63,207 bases of DNA, filler included, from Choristocarpus tenellus KU-1152 (GCA_964200185.2; 14 parts of 14 records of this genome joined end to end with filler, not necessarily neighbours in it); one strand, 5' to 3'. Positions 13,535 to 27,185 are shown, counted from the first letter of the whole stretch. Translations and numbers: made by a program. Notes: generated by a model from the sequence alone, not told the origin.

Positions 13535-14305
13535 GTATTCACTTTAGCTGGACCTTTTTTGTGTTACGACCTCCCCTCCACGGAAGAGAGGATAATGTGA
13601 ACGAAAGTGTGTATGTGTGAGAGTGTGTGTTTCGTTCAGTAAAGCGGCTCGTTTGTCGCTTAAAAAGTTGAAGCCTTGTCGATCAACTTCGCTGATGTAA
13701 TATTTATGTAGACTGACATGAACCTGCGCGTTATATAATCGGCGTAAAACTCGCCGCCTTTAACTCATACTGTACTATCAATCACAGTGTACTATCAAGG
13801 TAGTAGTAACAAATAACTATGTATTTCAAAATTAACCGCTGTGAACAAAACAAAACCGGAAAATTGAACCTCCTCTCACATCACTCTTAACAAATAAAAA
13901 TAGGTTAAAAAAAGCAATATATTTATGATACAGTCATACACTTCAAGATCATCAGTGCAGACATGATTTGGGTGGTTTCAATATCTTTATTCGGTTATTT
14001 ATAGTTAAGTAATCACAACATAAGATATCATACAAGACTAGTTTGGTGTCCAAATAGGTACAGGACGGGGTTGGAGGAGGGAAAAGACACAATTCGCGCG
14101 TAACGCGCGCAGGCTTGGTGAAGTTTGTGTATGCCATGTTCCATGAAAGTCTTAGATAGTGGAAGTCGGATTGGTGAACAAGCGTGCGTTCTCCATTAAA
14201 AAAAAGTAATGCAACATAGGACATTTTATTAGTTAGCACGCACATACATGCACCAACAGTCACGAATGAGAGGCAAATCAGGATTGGGTAGTATATTAGT
14301 AGTAC

Positions 14306-14570
14306 TGATCAAAGTAAACGAGAGGTACCCTAAGATGCATATGTATATAGAGAGAGAGGATGCTGACAAATGTGTGCATTTTTTTTTTACAAAGGTGTGT
14401 AGGATACTTTCTGAATTATGTCCGAAAAGTTTGAAACAAAGAGAAAAAAATGCTCACAAGACAAACTCAGAAGATCATCCATAGAAATATGGGTGAAACG
14501 CAAAAGATTGGAAAACAGACTTGAAATGCAAAACGCCCAAAGCCTCGGTCCCTCTTGTTTGCTTTGGCTC
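14306..14570 (+). mobile_element. MITE family C (~250 bp)
   Basis: TIR consensus GAGYCAAAGTAAACGAGAGGTAC; internal CATCCATAGAAATATGGGTGAA motif shared with the other copies. Confidence 0.7.
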
Positions 14571-14637
14571 ACCAATGGGGTCTCTACAGGAACAACAAAC
14601 CAGGCAACACTACCATCAACTTCCTACTTTTCTATCA

Positions 14638-14716
14638 TCATTCATTCATTAACACCATTCATTCATTAACACCATTCATTCATTAACACCATTCATTCAT
14701 TAACACCATTCATTCA
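14638..14716. repeat. 17-bp minisatellite (ATTCATTCATTAACACC) x ~4.5
   Basis: Read directly from the sequence. Confidence 0.9.
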
Positions 14717-16030
14717 GAATACTAGTGACGATGTGTTAGGTTTGCATGTAAAATACACTGGCAAGAGTGGCGATATGTACACATGAATCAAAGGGTGATA
14801 TCCTCCCATAGGATGGATCAGATTGGAGGGTGGTCACCATAGAGTTCCCCATGAAGAGTAAGCCCTGTTGTTGGACATTTCGATGCCAGCAATCCGTCAA
14901 GCTCAACCCTAGCGCGGGTCAAAACAGGGAAACCTTACGTAACTGTAGTTGATACAGTATGAAATAGGCCAACATGATTTGCTACAACGTATTCAAACCT
15001 ATATATCTGCATTATTAGAACAAAACGGAATCATCCATTTCTTTTGCATTTTGTTTCAGTGTGTGCGCTTATCGTCACCATTGTAGATGTCACCTCTAAA
15101 GCCATGGTGTTGAGATATTTGCAAACAATTACAAAATGTTAGAGCTCTAGAGTGCTCAGAAAATTACCCTCCAAACCTGATTTTACGCGACTTACTAATT
15201 TCGTGTTCTGAACAGTGTTTACCTGTAGCTGAGTCAAAGTATCTTGGAGGGTAGATCCGAGTCCGTTTGGGGGCTAAAATCCGTTGTTGCGATTTTGATG
15301 TAATTCTGGNNNNNNNNNNNNNNNNNNNNNNNNNNNNNNNNNNNNNNNNNNNNTTAATTAATTAANNNNNNNNNNNNNNNNNNNNNNNNNNNNNNNNNNN
15401 NNNNNNNNNGATTTTTCTTGGGGTGCGGTTGGGGGGGGGGGGGGGGGGAGGAAAAGGAAGGTGCATTGAGATGAAGGGAGTTGTAAATACTTATGAGGCG
15501 TTCACTCCAATGACATAGAAATTTCTACAAGTTCGCAGAGGTCCCGAATGGACACCCGCCCCCCACCTCAAAGACGCCTAAAACAATACTATGCGCAGAA
15601 AGTTAGTTTTGCCAGCTTCAAATCAGTCCCTATCACACACCCTTAAGAATTTCATGGTGCTTCAAACCTAAGCCATTATATTTGTACGACTGTGCCATGG
15701 CAGCTAGACGATCAACTAAACCATACAGCTCCAATTCCTCTACACCTCTGGATTCTGGCTTCATCCACACTAGGCACTACTGCATAGTGCAGAGGCCTTG
15801 GAAATCGTCGGTCTAGAGAAATGTTGTCTGCCAGCTCCCATTCTATTTTTGTACCTATCACTCCAGAACGCTTTCCTATCTGCAATACCTGACAGACATT
15901 GCAAGGATATCATCTCAGTTCTAATCGCACCTTAAAGAAACCAATGAAGCAGGCACTGACAGTAGGGTTCCATCCCATTTAATCGCATCAAAACACATGC
16001 CAACCCTTCTAACAGGGGATATTAGGAGGC

Positions 16031-16289
16031 GAGTCAAAGCATTTAAGAGGATCGGAGTTTTGCCCTGTATGTCCATTCAGGGCTTGCCTTTCCAAACGTT
16101 ATTTTGCATCCTTTTTCGGTTTTCTAGATTAACAAAGCTACCTGGAATGTTTACGACTACGAAAGGTGTGTCCAGACCAAGGATATTGACACTTCCTAAC
16201 GAACATGATAGCCAACATTAATAAAAATTGCAACATTGGATTTATGACCCCGAACAGATGGGGCCGTGCTCCCTTAAATGCTTTGGGTC
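16031..16289 (-). mobile_element. MITE family A, diverged subfamily copy
   Basis: TIR variant GAGTCAAAGCATTTAAG / CTTAAATGCTTTGGGTC. The internal sequence is homologous to family A. Flanks are AGGC/AGGT. Confidence 0.75.
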
Positions 16290-16316
16290 AGGTATGTGTG
16301 TGCAATACCATGAACT

Positions 16317-16572
16317 GAGCCAAAGTAAACAAGAGGTGACCAGGGTTGGATTCTTAAGGATCCTGACAAAAATGTAATAATATAATATTGATGTATATGA
16401 GGAATTTTCTGTATTTATGTTGAAGGTTTTCGAACAACAGGAAAGTCAATGATCTCAAGTCAATCTGAGCAATTCATCCATAGATATAAGAGTGGATTGC
16501 AAAAGATTAAAAAAATGCGACTTAAAATGCGAGACAGCCAAAAACTGAGCACCTCTTCCTAAAGTATGACTC
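16317..16572 (+). mobile_element. MITE family C, diverged copy
   Basis: GAGCCAAAGTAAACAAGAGG...CACCTCTTCCTAAAGTATGACTC; internal CATCCATAGA motif. Confidence 0.65.
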
Positions 16573-16574
16573 TC

Positions 16575-17950
16575 TATTTCTGGCACATTGTGCAATCAAG
16601 TTTTGGAAGAGGCCCCCAGTGTGTTTGTTGCTTTTGTCGATCCCTTTCCATAATACCACCAGCATCAGCCAATAAACGATTCCCTGATGAGGTAGTACCT
16701 GCAGCCTCCCAAACAGAATTACTTTGAAAACATAGTTGGTAATTGCAAACCTTCTCCCCGTCCTGTCTTCTCACCCCTTTCCTCTAGGCCGACCTACGGG
16801 AATGGCACAATAAATCAAAGTCACGAAGGTCAAATCCAGGTCAGCGGAAGGAAAAGCAACAAGGGGATGCAGCTAATGCAACACAAGTAGTGAGTGATCG
16901 GCAATCACGGGCAGAAGCAAGAGTGAAGGGGTGCGAGGAGCTGGGGGCGGGGAAGAGCCGGGAAAAATCAAGGGGGCATTCCATGAGCCCCACCGTAGCA
17001 CGAGATACTGCTAGTGGTTCTGGGCGGGATGTTGGCAACGACGATATATACGACTTCTAACTATTGTCGTACAGGCCTGTGGAGGGCTAGCACGGAACAC
17101 CCTTGAGTAGTGACATGTACTGACCCTTTGCATTCCTGTAGAGGTGCCTCTTCACGTAGGTATACTATTACATCGTGGAAGCACAGTCGAAATTCGAGAG
17201 GGGAGAATGTTTTTGTGAGATGAGAAAGGCGTGGAAGGAGACATTAACTCAGTACCCACCCACATTGCGAAGGTCAGGGCGCACATATATGTGTATGTGC
17301 ATGTGTGTGTGTGTGTCCTACTCCAGTTGTTTTTTACTAAGTATTGTACGTCTGCTACAAATCCGACATAAATCTGGAATAATACAGAGTAAACATGACT
17401 AAAAGAGTTTGACCTTACACAGGACAGTAGTGGACAGAGGGCAAATGAACAAACAAAAAACATGGCGTCATACTACTTGGAATATGCCTGTACACAGAAT
17501 TCTTGCGTGTTTCATCAATGATGTCATGCGTGGAATGCATACAATGAGAAAAGGTAGCGCTGATAGGGACAGAAACAATCCTCTTCTCAGAATATGAATC
17601 AATGTCTTGGATTTGCACTAATTTCCTTTTCATTTGTACCATCCCCCCCCCAGAAAAACGCGCCTCGGTTATGTGATTAATGTTTCAAAAAAATATTTGT
17701 CAAGCTAATATTGACAGTGGGGACGTGAAGGGTCTCCTGCAGTTACAAGAAGTTCTGGTGTCCACCATACTGCCATGTGCGACTAAGTCATTACCCTACA
17801 CAACCCATTCATGCCCAGTTGATCGGCAAGAGTTATAGTTGATCCTCTCATTTCGATGATGTTGTGTGCCTGATTTGTGGGTGCTGCTATGCATTCTCAG
17901 CAATAGAAGAAAACCTCGTGGTCATCCATGGAAGGATCTCCTACGTCACT
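16575..17950 (-). pseudogene. Degenerate hAT-like transposase relic
   Basis: Frameshifted fragments TTRFSSIA (~17920) and LQLPTMF...TTSSG.RLLADAGGIMERDR (16770-16630) resemble the hAT TRW motif and the C-terminal dimerisation motif SSxxSERLFSxAG. Confidence 0.45.
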
Positions 17951-20900
17951 CTTATGTTTGAGTTTTTTTCTGTACCTAAATCATCAAGTAGGTTCATGCT
18001 TGGCTCCTGTGGTAGTGATGTTTGAGTGTCCAATCAAACTGCTCAGATAATTACTCTCACAATATATTCTTCCTCTCTTGTACTCTGACAACTGTTATGC
18101 TGGACTACCAATCATCATGTCTCAGTGTACACGCGATCGACACAGGATAGAGGATCTGACAGGTGACTCAAAGCATCTGGAGGGGGGGGGTAGCGGCTGT
18201 CCATTTGGGGTCAATTTTTTCATGTCACGATTTTTGGGTGATTTGGTTGCATACGTCGGATGGATAATGTAAATGCACTTTTCCTGATTTTGGGGCAAAT
18301 GGACACCCTGGTGTAGACNNNNNNNNNNNNNNNNNNNNNNNNNNNNNNNNNNNNNNNNNNNNTTAATTAATTAANNNNNNNNNNNNNNNNNNNNNNNNNN
18401 NNNNNNNNNNNNNNNNNNAAGAGAAATTTGACCGAATTGGACGCCCCCTCACAAACCACCCCCCCCCCCCCCCAGATACTTTGAGCCATACATATATTTG
18501 TATGTGTGTGTTGCAGTATACATTTTGTTCTGATTGTACTCAAGGTGTGATGCATGAATTTCTAATCGTCCACACAGGAAGTTAGTTACTTGTGGGGCAG
18601 CTGATCCATGGAGGAGGAGGAACGCTGGAAACGAGACGATAAAACTCTTTCTTGTTGGTTCGCGATTTAATAAGAACCTGTACTTTACAAAAGTACTACA
18701 TTTGAGTTCAATACGATGCGAGTTTTTAGTTAGTGATCCTCAAACCCGACATATGTTGGTGTGGGAATCCGAAGTTTGATTGCCCAATTTCTGCGCACTT
18801 GACCACAAGTGCAGGGATATGTGAGAGCGCTGCTGTGTCAAACATCGGGCCTAAACACCTTTCGTGAGACTAGTAGTACTTCAAACTACCGCACATGAAC
18901 ATGCCACAGAGGCGCCAATATATATATGCCCTTTTCCCATGCCTTGCTTGAAGTATTCACCTTGATCAAACTGTAATCTGTGCCATTTGCAGTGTCTTCA
19001 GGAAACAGCCTGTCCTTCTTTACGCAATCCATCACCAAGGCATCATATTTCGAATGTGCGTCGAGATGAACTGCACCACTGTGGTGATATTTGGTGGCCT
19101 GTGTAGGTTGTTTACATTGGGTCTGGTTTTCTGTTTTGGAATTACGTCATTGTTCACCATTGACCACTCTTACCCAAGGAACATCAATTAAAGCACTGTT
19201 AATTGTCTATCGGTGCAAATGTACATTTCAAGATGGCCTCAGCACTGGCAGCAGAGCATGGCACAGCACTTTGTAACAGTTATACCATATGCAACTGAGC
19301 AAGTGGCGTACCTCCATTGACTTGTGTCCGTCATGACCAAACATGGAAGTTTGGCCTGATAGGTCACTGGCCAAAGAGGTGGTCCTGGAAATACAACTCG
19401 TGGCGACGCTCCTGGGTGTAGCAAACGCAAAAAAAATATGGTATTGTATATCATTGGGGACCAAATTGTAGACTAGGACAAACGATGATGAACGCGATAT
19501 TAGAAGAATGACCCCAGAGGACAGAAGGCTGACAGGAATATGTTGTTAGGGTTAGAACGCTCTGACACCTAGTTCATTAAGCTTTCTCATGGACTGAATC
19601 TCTTGCACAAGTCCTGCAACTGAGGAATTTCATGAGCTGTTCTTCTGCCGTCCCTCACACACGCTATCGATCGAATATGAAATTATCGTCACCATACAAG
19701 AACTGGGGAGACGCACCCGTTATCTTCATCATCCTGTATCCTCCTCTTGCGTCCGTTACGTGTTCTTCTCGGTGTTGAAGATGCCATTGTGTGCCGTCAC
19801 AGATGGAGGATTTGGCACATTTGTTATTCAGGTACTTTTCTCTCGGAAAGCAACTATGAGGAGTGTGCGTTTCACCATCTGGTCAAGGGTTTTATAATAT
19901 ATTATAGTGCTTTTGTTAAGGGTTAGGGATAGATGATGGGTAAGCTATTGATACAGGGTTAGGGAGATAGAGCAGATGTGGGGAACAACCCACATCAACA
20001 CAACCACTTCACGTCTCGTCTGCTACTCCAATTGCTGTGGACAATGTACTCAACGCTTCTCATTCTTTGGAGGTGAATTCTTGGTATTGTCGTGGGGTCC
20101 GCCCCCTTCCGATCAAGCCAGTACAGGACGCTATTCCATGCCCTTTACCTTGGAGGTGACTTCCCGACCTTGACAGTGTTTGTGGGAAGCAAAGGGAATT
20201 TTTGCCGGATATAAGTACTGGAACCAGTGGAGATTGCATTTATCATTAAGGGCGTGTCATGGCTAGCTCAGGTGAGCTGGGCCTATTTCGCCTAATCAGA
20301 ATGTGGAGGAGGTACTTGAGGGCCTCGCCTTCCTCATTCCGTCGATAGGATCGGGGCGAAACTAAACTATTGTGCACCATTTTCCTTATTGCTGGAATTA
20401 TGTACTCTTTCCCCTTGTTGTCTCAAACATCTTCACCTCCCAATGGAGAAACTTGTCGTATGATTGTTTACTAGATGTTCCTAGGGAAGGTCGGTGTGCG
20501 TGTTTACTAGATGATAACATCATCATCCAGTCCTCCGATATATTAATCTATTTTCTGTCTGGGGCGGTAGTCTTGTGGACCCATTTCGAATGGATGGTAT
20601 AGGTGTGCACGAGGAAACACCAGAGCGTTACGCAATGGTGCTTTTGTGCGGTATCTTGCATCCTGCACACAGGGGCAACCCTCTCCAACTCACTCATCGC
20701 CAACCATTGCAGAATCAGATGACGACTTCGCACCCGGCGCTCAGGATAGTGATGGTGGGATTGGATCTGACTCCGACGAGGCTGAGCGCGGCCCTGCCGC
20801 ATCTGATCCAGGCAGGACTGAGATAGTCGTAGCATCATTAGAGGTTGTATCCAACGGTTCACAACTATGACTTGTTTCTAGATTGAGAATTACGAGGTCG

Positions 20901-21924
20901 CTACCGTTTCTAAGCACTGCCATTGATCGACCGTTGATGCCTGCTGAACGGGTACACTTTGCTGAATTGGGCACCTCCCCACTATCGTGTGATGCATTTT
21001 CCTTCACTTGACTTTGCATCACAACCCTGACTGACCCCTTCTCATGTTCAAAACTATTCATTACCCCTTGCTACTCAGACTCGGAAGGCGAGCAGGACGA
21101 ACCTTCCTCGGGGCACCGCAAGCGCAAAGGGGCAGCAACAAATGGGGTCAAGAAAAAGCAGCGTAGACAAAGTGAGTCATCTGTAGTCATCTGTCATCCT
21201 ATGACATGGCACTGCACTTGTTTTGCATTGGAGGGCTGTTTTGAGAATCAATTTAGTTCTGAAGACAAAAATAAACTGGTGGTAGGAAGGGATGTGGGAG
21301 GGTGATAATCCCAATCGTTGGTTGAAGGTGAAAGGGTGTGGACATGCCTCTTTGAGGGAATTTTAGTTGTTACACCCTGGATGCAGATGGCTGGATGTGA
21401 ACACCAGACATGTATATGCGCTTACCCTCCCGCCAGAGGACAAGTATCCCAACACACCCCCACGGTGAAGCAACTGATCAACACATACAGGGGTACAAAA
21501 ATCCCTTGTTTGGTGGAGGATTGCAGCTACTTCCCTTTTGACGGATATTTTCTCATGCATGTGGGTATTTGATGTGGGGGCCATCTCTGATGTTGTCCTC
21601 CATCCTCCATCCACTCGGAACAAGGGTCTCCTCCTGGATGTGGCATTTATTGAGGTCCATGCTGCTTGTCACCGTCAGAGGTCTTCCAACGAAGACAGTT
21701 GGTGCGGCTAATGCTGGAGCTGACACGAGAACAATTAAATAAAAGTTACCACACTGTCCCCCCCCCACCACAACCAAAGACACAAANNNNNNNNNNNNNN
21801 NNNNNNNNNNNNNNNNNNNNNNNNNNNNNNTTAATTAATTAANNNNNNNNNNNNNNNNNNNNNNNNNNNNNNNNNNNNNNNNNNNNTTGTGTGTGGTGTG
21901 GGTTGGGTGGGGGGGGGGGGGTGT

Positions 21925-21969
<45 letters not shown>

Positions 21970-22688
21970 GATGACAAGAGGAGGATATTTGTGTATGTAA
22001 CTTTATGTGACTTTTTTCTTTTGTTTTCCATACGGATATTGTACCTCCTGCATCACCCCTTACTCTTGCAGATCGGGTGTTTCTTTAGATCGTTTCTATG
22101 TATGTATTTATTTATTTACTTTTATTTTTATTTTTTTGTAACACTTCCGCGGTGCGAGAAAGCCTTCTGTGTCCAGATGAACCCAAATCAAATACATCTG
22201 CCTGGCGATAATAATTTTAACATTCACAATAGTTGGCCCTGCAATCTCCCCCCCCCACCACNNNNNNNNNNTTCCTTGGGTTTAAAATTTTTAAATTTCC
22301 CATAGTTTGGCCTTCCATTCCCCCCCCCCCCCCCCCTCCCCCCCTTCTTTACCTCAATCTTAGCGCAGCTCTTGATCGATTCTTTTTTTCGAAGGAAATT
22401 TTATTCCGGAAGCCCGGCTGCAATGATTGGAACCGCATTCTCTTTAAGGGCTCGTAGGTACTTTTTTTTATCATACATGTTTTTTGTCATGACTAACACG
22501 GGGTGTGAGCTAAGCATTCTCCGGAGGGGGTGACAGCCATCATCATGGCAAGTGTGGATAGAACTTCTATGTACGTCCTGGAACATTTTGGAGCTTTTTT
22601 TTTCTTTCCTCCACCGCCTTCCCTTTCGTCCTTCAAGCGCCTCTGATAACCCCTTCCCCACACGTGGAAAACCAAGCCAGCTCCTATG

Positions 22689-22737
<49 letters not shown>

Positions 22738-23487
22738 ACACACACTAACACATACTAAAGCGCACGATCTCTCACGCCTTCCTCAACCCTCTCATGCACC
22801 ACCACCACCACCACCACCACCACACACACCCTGCATTGCAACCAACTCGATCGAACTGTGTCCAGGTGAGAGAGGTGGTGGAGGGTTACGATGGCCTGAA
22901 GGTTGTTCCTTGGAGAGGGGGGGGGATGGGCGTCGTCAGGACAGTGCCGAAGCTCTTTGTCATGGCCAGGCGGTAGTTGAAAAAAATAAAATTAAAAAAA
23001 CGTTTGCAGTAAGAAGAGTAGGGCAATAAGTGTGGTGTGGTGTGATGATGATGATGATGATGACAGATTGATTGATTGATTGGTTGATTGCTTGTGCAAA
23101 TCGAGATGGTGTTTGGTATCTGGGGGTGGGGGGAAGGGGGGAGGGGGGAGTGGCAGCTGTCCATTTGGGGTCCATTTTTCCATGTCGTGATTTTTGGGTG
23201 ATTTGGTTCCATGCGTCGGATGGGTAATGTAAGTGCGCTTCTCCTGGTCAGGGCCTGAATAGACACCCTGGTGTAGACCACCACAACCACCCCCCCCCCC
23301 CCCCCCCCCCCCCCCCACCGCCCCCCCCCCCACCACCACTCCACCACCACCAAACACAACATGAAGGGGNNNNNNNNNNTGGCACGCTGCCTCGTCAGCG
23401 CCGCCCCCGGCTGCCCCCCCCCCACCCCCCCCCCCCCCCCCCCCCAGATACTTTGAGCCAAGGTACACTTTCGTAACTACACACAGC

Positions 23488-23515
23488 TTAGGGTTAGGGT
23501 TAGGGTTAGGGTTAG
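23488..23515 (+). repeat. Interstitial telomeric repeat (TTAGGG)4
   Basis: Read directly; the longest perfect tract of about 10 short ones in the window. Confidence 0.9.
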
Positions 23516-23691
23516 CTTTAGAATGTCGTGGTTGTACCAACCAACTGGAGCTCCTCCGCACCTGAAAACAGCGATCTGTGAGGAGGCGTTGGTTGGTGTG
23601 TCTGAGGCACCGGCTTCTTTTTTTTTTTCCCCAGTTGACGATCGGTGATTCTCGCATCTCCCTCGCTAGTAGCACGATCTTGTTAGGGTTG

Positions 23692-23978
23692 GGGTCAAAG
23701 TATCTCTTGGAGGGTAGAGCTGCAGTCCGTTTCGGGGGGATCCCGAAATCCGACGTTTTTTTGTTTTTATTGCGATTTTGGATGTAATATTGGTCTTATA
23801 TATATCGCTTTTGTTAGGAAGCGTCCATATACCTGTTCTGGACACACCTTTTTCAGGGACGTGTACGTTCTCTACCTCTTGACAAACGTTTCGGACCGGC
23901 TAATGAAAAGTCTCATTAATAATAATAATAATAATAAATAAAATAAAATAAAATAAAAAACGTGGGAAGCCAAGCCCC
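23692..23978 (+). mobile_element. MITE family A, diverged or partial copy (other partials at 5519-5627, 15231-15309, 24988-25029, 31319-31389, 56041-56112, 60056-60088)
   Basis: Has the left TIR GTCAAAGTATCTCTTGGAGGGTAGAGC and internal motifs shared with full copies. Most of the other partials are cut by contig ends. Confidence 0.7.
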
Positions 23979-24289
23979 ACCCTCTCACTCTCGTGGAGAA
24001 GTGGAAGGCGTGTATCGTTTTTAAATGCGCGTGAGCGCTAATAATAATACAAATCTTTTTGTTCTTGTGACGAATGACAGCGCTTAAACAAAAAAAGTTA
24101 CAGTTTTTTCTTTCTAACGGAGAGGCTCGATGCCGGTAGTAAAAAAAAAAAGAAAAGAAAAAGGAGGCGGGTGTATTATTATTATTATTTTTTATTGTCC
24201 CCTCCTGGGACAGGAGACTGAAAATGTCAACACGAAGTTTCTGCCCGCTGTCAGCTAGACGGGAGAGTTTTGCTTGTTTGCTTGTTTGC

Positions 24290-24461
24290 TTGTTTGCTTG
24301 TTTGTTTCACCATGGGTAGGCAGTGTGAAGCAGTAACGCCTGGAGAGTTTCGTTTGTTTGTTTGTTTCACCATGGGTAGGCGGTGTGAAGCATTAACGCC
24401 TGGAGAGTTTCGTTTGTTTGTTTGTTTCACCATGGGTAGGCGGTGTGTAGCAGTAACGCCT
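24290..24461. repeat. 60-bp minisatellite (about 3 units)
   Basis: TTTGTTTCACCATGGGTAGGCRGTGTGWAGCA.TAACGCC at 24301, 24361 and 24421. Confidence 0.92.
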
Positions 24462-25325
24462 TCCCTTTGAGATCATCTGCATTGTTTTTTTTTTGTTCAG
24501 AGGCTGACAGTTGAAATGCGGGGGGGGAGGGGGGATGAATGGCGGAGATGGGACAGTCGGCGGTGTGTGCATGCTCTGGATGGAGCGTGTTTGACGAAGG
24601 GAATGGGGGGGCTCTTGAAGGGATGATGGCTCTTGAATGAAGGGATGATGGGTTGTCCAGGATCCTCCACTCATGGGCTCGCCAAACCGTTAATTGTGGA
24701 GAATTTTTTTTCCAGGAAAAATAAAAATATGAAAATAGAGCGCTATCTTACATGCCTTGCCTCTGATAGAGCAGAAAAACATGTTGTAGAAAGATCAGTA
24801 CCTTACAGTACACGCACTTTCCTTCCCCCCCCCCCCCCCCTCTTCTTCCTCGAGAAGGTTTTCACGAAGGGTAGCCCAACCACTTTTNNNNNNNNNNNNN
24901 NNNNNNNNNNNNNNNNNNNNNNNNNNNNNNNTTAATTAATTAANNNNNNNNNNNNNNNNNNNNNNNNNNNNNNNNNNNNNNNNNNNNCCCCAAATGGACG
25001 TGGCTCTACCCTCTAAGATACTTTGGCTCAATGAAAGTGCACTTTTCCAGGTTTGCACCCAAATGGACACCCTGGTGTAGACCCCACCTCCCCCCCCAGA
25101 TACTTTGGGACTTTTTCCTCCTACGTGACAATCCCTGCAACACATCAGCAGTCATAATAAAATATACATTATTCTATTAATTACTACAAGTACTTTTTAT
25201 TCAGTCATCACAAAATCATCCCATATGAAACCAGCAACAGGAAAAAAGCATAACAACTTGATTCTACGCTATCTCTCACTTCCAAGTGACTTGCACCAAC
25301 ATGTGTGCCCTTTGTCGTCGCATCT

Positions 25326-25502
25326 TGCTCAAAGTACATAGGGGGGGTGACGGCTGTCTATTTAGGACCCATTTTTCTATGTCGCGATTTCTGGGTGAGT
25401 TTGGTTACATGCGTTGGATGGATAATGTAAGCGCACTTCTCCTGGTCAGGGCCCGAATGGACACCCTGGTGTAGACCCCCACCCCTCCAGATACTTTGAG
25501 TC
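25326..25502 (+). mobile_element. MITE family B, full copy
   Basis: (T)GCTCAAAGTAC...GATACTTTGAGTC flanked by a 4-bp ATCT direct repeat. Confidence 0.8.
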
Positions 25503-26188
25503 ATCTCTCATTGCCCCAACCTCCTGTGGGGGGACATTACGTTCCCGTTAATCGAAAGTAATATATGTCTGCTTGTCTACGTCGCACAAGCCTGTTGTAT
25601 AGTGTTCTGCTTCTTGCAATGTTGTGTGTGCTGGTGCAAGGATATACAACACTGAGTGACGGTACTTTTCTTGTAGGACAGTGCATGATTGGTGCGCTCC
25701 CCCAGTTGTTTGTGATATCAGATGCAGTGCAGGAGGAATTTGTGATGGTGATAGAGATACTTGTTTGGTTGGCACCATGGACCAGGCAGAGTGTGCAGGG
25801 CACACAACCGTGTATCGTGCAATAGTAGTAGTTCGTGGTTTAGTGAGATGTAGTCCAGTGTGTAGTGCCTTCATCTAGAGGTGGAGACTGGCTAGGGTTG
25901 AGGTAGTGTGGTTCCTTGTTCCACAAACTAATGTTAGACACATTGCAATAGCAAACACAGAGTTTTTGTGGTATAAGCGAACAGTTGCCCTACGACTTGA
26001 TCTAGCTGAAGATCCGGATGCTCACGGGAGGTCTACCTGAGGGTCTGCTGTATGCAAAATGATGTGGAAAATCAAGTAACACTGCTTCACCTAGCTTCAT
26101 ATCCAACGCTGGAACTCTTCCAGGTCTGTGTTGAGTTACGCAAATAGCAACGCATGGATGACCCCCTGTCAAATGAGGAAGCACTAGC

Positions 26189-27185
26189 GAGCTAACGTAA
26201 ACGAGAGGTACGCAGTTTTGTCTGTTTTGTATTATAAGTCAGCTTTTCAATATTTTGCGATTCACCCGTATTTCTATGGATGAAGCGCTAAGTTTGAGTT
26301 GAGGGTGTTAATGTTACAATGCCGAAGTCTTGGTAGGACCTCCACGTTACAGCACACCCCATATCTTGACTCTACGGGATGTATAGCTCCAGTCCACAAG
26401 CCTACAGATGGCTCTGGTGCCTGTACAGGACTCCTGAGATACTCCGACAGCCAAAAGTTCCATCGAGGACGAATATCAGGTCAGCAGATAGATGAAGGTA
26501 TACTCTTTATCAACGGGAATGATACGAAATGAATCAAGAGTGACAAGGTATGTAGTATCAATCATTGATTTGTTTCGAGTTTACAGACATTGTAATACAT
26601 CCGAAAACTGTTTTATTCAAAGTAGCAGATCGTACTCTGCAACTTCTAGGAAATCGGGCATCCCCTTTTTGGGGTTCCACGCGCGCGTTTACTGCTCGCA
26701 CTGGTAAAAGCGCGAGAAGAAATGCTTACGCATATTCGCCTGTAACATTGATTTCTCTATTGTTTGAAGGATTTCGACATGATTAAAAAAATATCGTACT
26801 GTGAAACAGGTTGAAACAGCCCGACAGGTTCTTCAGACTGAAGGGGAGCGGCAAGACTCACGGGAGGAAGGGAATGTAGACAGAAAAGGCAAGAGGGAGA
26901 GCAATCCCTCAGAAGATACTCAGCAAAGAAAGAGTGAAAAAGAAAAAAGTGAATGAGGGGGTTTGCAAGGTCCCTCAATCCACCCACTATTTTCTTGAAG
27001 CAGATGTTAACTTCAATATGTAAAAGCAGATGTCATATGAGCAACAGACCTTGAACGTAGGTCACCTTAAAGGTATACCTTAGTTTAAAGATGGCTCTCA
27101 CATTATACACGTTTTTTTTTTTAAGTCGAATATTGCAAATATTTCCCAGCGTCCAACTCTGGATACCTCTCGTTTACTTTGACTC
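26189..27185 (-). mobile_element. MITE family C copy expanded by nested insertions
   Basis: Family C termini at 26189 and 27185. The interior holds an LTR/PBS fragment (26326-26435), a repeat shared with 55870-55940, and a repeat shared with 49660-49945. Confidence 0.65.
26326..26435 (-). mobile_element. LTR 3' end plus tRNA-Gln PBS of a related LTR family
   Basis: The reverse complement reads CAGGAGTCCTGTAC...GGAGCTATACATCC...CTGTAACG followed by TGGAGGTCCTACCAAGACT, homologous to 52996-53100. Confidence 0.7.

Noticed and set aside
21889-23675. Poly-Gly/Pro/His and HT/CV-repeat ORFs in the ORF track
   Set aside because: They are translations of homopolymers and microsatellites that span N gaps.
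24290-24461. CRISPR-like 60-bp periodicity
   Set aside because: The whole unit repeats with no unique spacers.
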